Assembly: GCA_009103225.1 (NCBI GenBank)
Contig: RHPI01000743.1
Location: forward strand, 4,826-16,460
Origin: Chlorokybus atmophyticus
Taxonomy: Eukaryota > Plantae > Mesostigma and Chlorokybus algae
Length of the DNA stretch: 11,635 nucleotides
Reading direction: 5' to 3'
A program made the position numbers and the translations under genes. The notes beneath the pieces are model-generated. The model saw nothing but the letters and a program-made list of their open reading frames with translations. It was not told the DNA's origin and did no database searches. Shown here in pieces: positions 9,093 through 11,635 of this stretch (position 1 is its first letter; every line of letters starts with the position of its first letter).

Positions 9093-10659
9093 ATGAAGCG
9101 AGTGGGAGGCGCTGGTGATGGAAGAGGACATGAGGATTTGTTGCTATCTGATGTATACGCAACCTGCCAGGCCGCAAACTTATTGTGGGTGCATGCCCAA
9201 GTGACGACAAACACTGTGTACATGTAAGCCTGGGTTGCGCACATGGTGCATGATACACCTTCAGGCAATGCAACACCTCCAAGCTCAATAGAGACACAGA
9301 TGTACATAGATTGTATAAAAAAGTAGCTCTTGGATGTGAGCGTGCGTCAGATGCATGCTGCACGCATACTCAAGGTTTATTCACTCACAATAATAACCAT
9401 ATGCCAACTCTGCTGAGACCAACGAGTCAGTTAGGCACATGCAAGTGCAAAGGCACATGCACATGTGTGCATGCGTACAGGGGGATGCATCAGTAGTCAA
9501 CCACATGTGCGCGCAAGTGCATGCGTGTGTATGTGTAACTACGTGCGTGTACACGCAGGCACACACACACGCGCGCACCTCTTCATGTATGAGTTCACGT
9601 TTGTGCTTGCCATCAAACACCTGCAGATACATAACTGACCTAACACACAAACACGTGCATCATTGCAGTTGTCCTCCATAACCACATGCCCTGGCACCAG
9701 GTCCATACCGTATGGTGGCCGACACCCTCCCAACACCGACACATACATCACCATCACCAATTTCAACACTCAACGACAGTCTTCGCCGCATATGCCAATG
9801 GTGACCTCGTCCTCCGGCGCAGAGGACACAACACAACTTCACAAGAGCATGAGGAGGCGCTCGTGGCGTATGTTGTGTCAACAGGCACTCGATGGCCACA
9901 CAACTGCGCGCTGTCGGGCTGTGAGCAAGGGACAAGTGGATGTGTGAACGTATGTGCATGGGTGTAGGTAGGTGTGGGTGGATGCGGGGGGTGGTTGGGT
10001 TGGTAAGTGGGTGTGAGCGCGGGCGTGTGTGCGCAAAGTTGTGATGCACAACAAGGTATGGACGGGGCCGCTGTTGGTGGCGGACTGGGTATTGAGTAAC
10101 AAGCACATGTGCTGCGCTGTCATGGTCAGAACGATTATTCTTGGGGCTGGACCAGGCTGGAGGTGTTCTTGTTGTGTCGATTGTTGACAATGTTGCTGTC
10201 GTTGCAGTGTGCGTGCTTGCATCGTCATGTTATGCAGTTGCAGGTGCTGCACCATGATGACACACCACACACGCACACTTGCCTCGTCCTGTATGGCATG
10301 ATTGATTGGGATTGTGCCGGCGCGCATGACGTCGCAAGTGATTGTCATTGGTAAGCGGGTAGGTTGTGCACGCACGCACACATGCGCGCATGCAGCGTCT
10401 CAGATGCATACGGCAACGTGAAAGATTGCCTTGCCAACAATCGATAACATATTTGTCCGCGTGCGCAAACTGTGTTGAGTAAGCCTCTCCCCACACCAGG
10501 CACGTTGGCTAATGCAAATGGCTGAGCTCTCCTTCTCTCTCTTCTCTTGGCATAAACCACACAGTGCTTTCCCTCCCAATCAGGTGATGAGTTCAGCTAA
10601 AGTCAAGGCAATGCTGAGAGGCACCATTAGTACCGGCGGCCGACGGAATACATGATGAC
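9093..10659 (+). pseudogene. Degenerate METTL22-like (Methyltransf_16 family, class I SAM-dependent protein methyltransferase) gene
   Basis: Family-like motifs occur in the right order but in changing frames. Exon 9093-9223 reads MKRVGGAGDGRGHEDLLLSDVYATCQAANLLWVHAQVTTNTVY, then donor gtaagc at 9224. Then SRF (~9370-9378), ANGDLVLRRR (9794-9823), HSMATQLRAVGL* (9886-9924), VWTGPLLVADWVLSNKHMCCAVMVRTIILGAGPG (10056-10157, stop at 10185-10187), IDW...W with donor gtaagc at 10351, and VPAADGIHDD (10630-10659). From memory, METTL22 has LSDVH, DGDLDV-RR, HTMATPLEDVGKQVWRGALLLADYIL...LELGAGTG, LDW, and AAEVFYDD (AADVIY in plants). A weak possible C-terminus RGRHM...LWR lies at 11080-11113. Confidence 0.8.
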
Positions 10660-11006
10660 AAGTGTGGCCTGTGGCTTGATTTGCATGTGTGCATTGGTGG
10701 GCCTTCAGCTAAGCACTCTCCACTACATATGTACAGATGTGCAGCATCTACTAGACGTACTCGTACTACAGTGCACGCTGATCAACATGACGGTCACACT
10801 ATCCACACACTCGCTGACTGTGATGGTCACAGTCATTCGCAGTCAGTCAATCAGTTTGCACACGCACTCACCCACAGACTACAAACGCACACGCACACGC
10901 ACGCACGTGCTCTACCATCGCTCACCTAGCGGACATCCGCCGTATCACCGCCGCCCCGTGCGCGCGCCTGCATCCAGTGTCCCCAAGCTGGCAGGTCTCC
11001 AGCGCG

Positions 11007-11027
11007 CAACAACAACAACAACAACAA
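11007..11027. repeat. (CAA)7 microsatellite
   Basis: Read directly from the sequence. Confidence 0.95.
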
Positions 11028-11590
11028 TGCTCGCGCCGTCGCCAGTGCAGTGTACACATGTTTGCCTCGCAGTCGGGGACGCGGGAGGCACATGTACAAG
11101 CCCATTGTGGAGGTCATGTCTACTAGACACAGTGCAGTGCGTACCGCAGTCAGATGTTGTTCTCCGTTGCTAGCAATAGCACTGCACTGTACGCGCGCAC
11201 ACCGTGTGTCACACACGCGTGCTCTGTTCGGGACTGTAGATGTAATAGCATGGGAGAGGTGTCTACAGACAGAGCTCAACTGCAAGTTGGGTCTGGGCAT
11301 GCAGTAACGGGATTGTGCTAACAAAAGGCACATGACCAACTATCGCTACCAGTACCACTGCCAACTCAGCGGTTTTGGCAAGAACATGCGATGCAAGGAT
11401 GCGGTCAATGTATGAACTCTACTTGAATAATATGGACAGAGGTGCGGTCTACTGTTACTTGCAGAGCTTGCCAGCCAGCCATGCGTCATCGCTGACGTCA
11501 AGCTGAGCGTCCCTGTAACACATGTTGGTAATTCGCCCGCAACCAAAGAGCTTGCACACCTGCAGCAGCGCATGAGACGTGAGACGCATA

Positions 11591-11592
<2 letters not shown>

Positions 11593-11635
<43 letters not shown>
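11593..11635. repeat. (TC)n microsatellite, at least 21 units, running off the window end
   Basis: Read directly from the sequence. Confidence 0.98.

Noticed and set aside
10652-11173. 173-aa plus-strand ORF
   Set aside because: Runs through low-complexity CA and CAA repeats and putative intronic sequence; no family signal.
11118-11190. Small inverted repeats (tgtcta-c-tagaca; acagtgcagtgc 11129-11140 / gcactgcactgt 11179-11190)
   Set aside because: Short, with no evident target-site duplication, and expected fairly often in RY-rich DNA; not enough to call a MITE.

Overview
Eukaryotic, intron-rich DNA, most likely from a green alga or plant lineage (inferred from the plant-type SufE-NadA fusion). 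The ORF track shows only fragments; I rebuilt three loci by hand from GT-AG splice sites. (1) Minus strand 721-2386: an intact 6-exon gene for a 347-aa protein with no family I recognise. It has an organelle-transit-like N-terminus and a C-terminal PD-(D/E)xK-like motif lacking the Lys. (2) Minus strand 4522-8791: an intact 7-exon, 712-aa plastid-type quinolinate synthase (transit peptide + SufE domain + NadA domain) with all four key cysteines present. (3) Plus strand about 9093-10659, possibly to about 11113: a decayed METTL22-like SAM-dependent methyltransferase gene, head-to-head with QS across a 301-bp spacer. Non-coding DNA is rich in alternating purine-pyrimidine tracts and microsatellites and includes one perfect 41-bp palindrome. 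No RNA genes, CRISPR arrays or transposases were recognised. All gene models are manual and unverified by transcripts or database searches.
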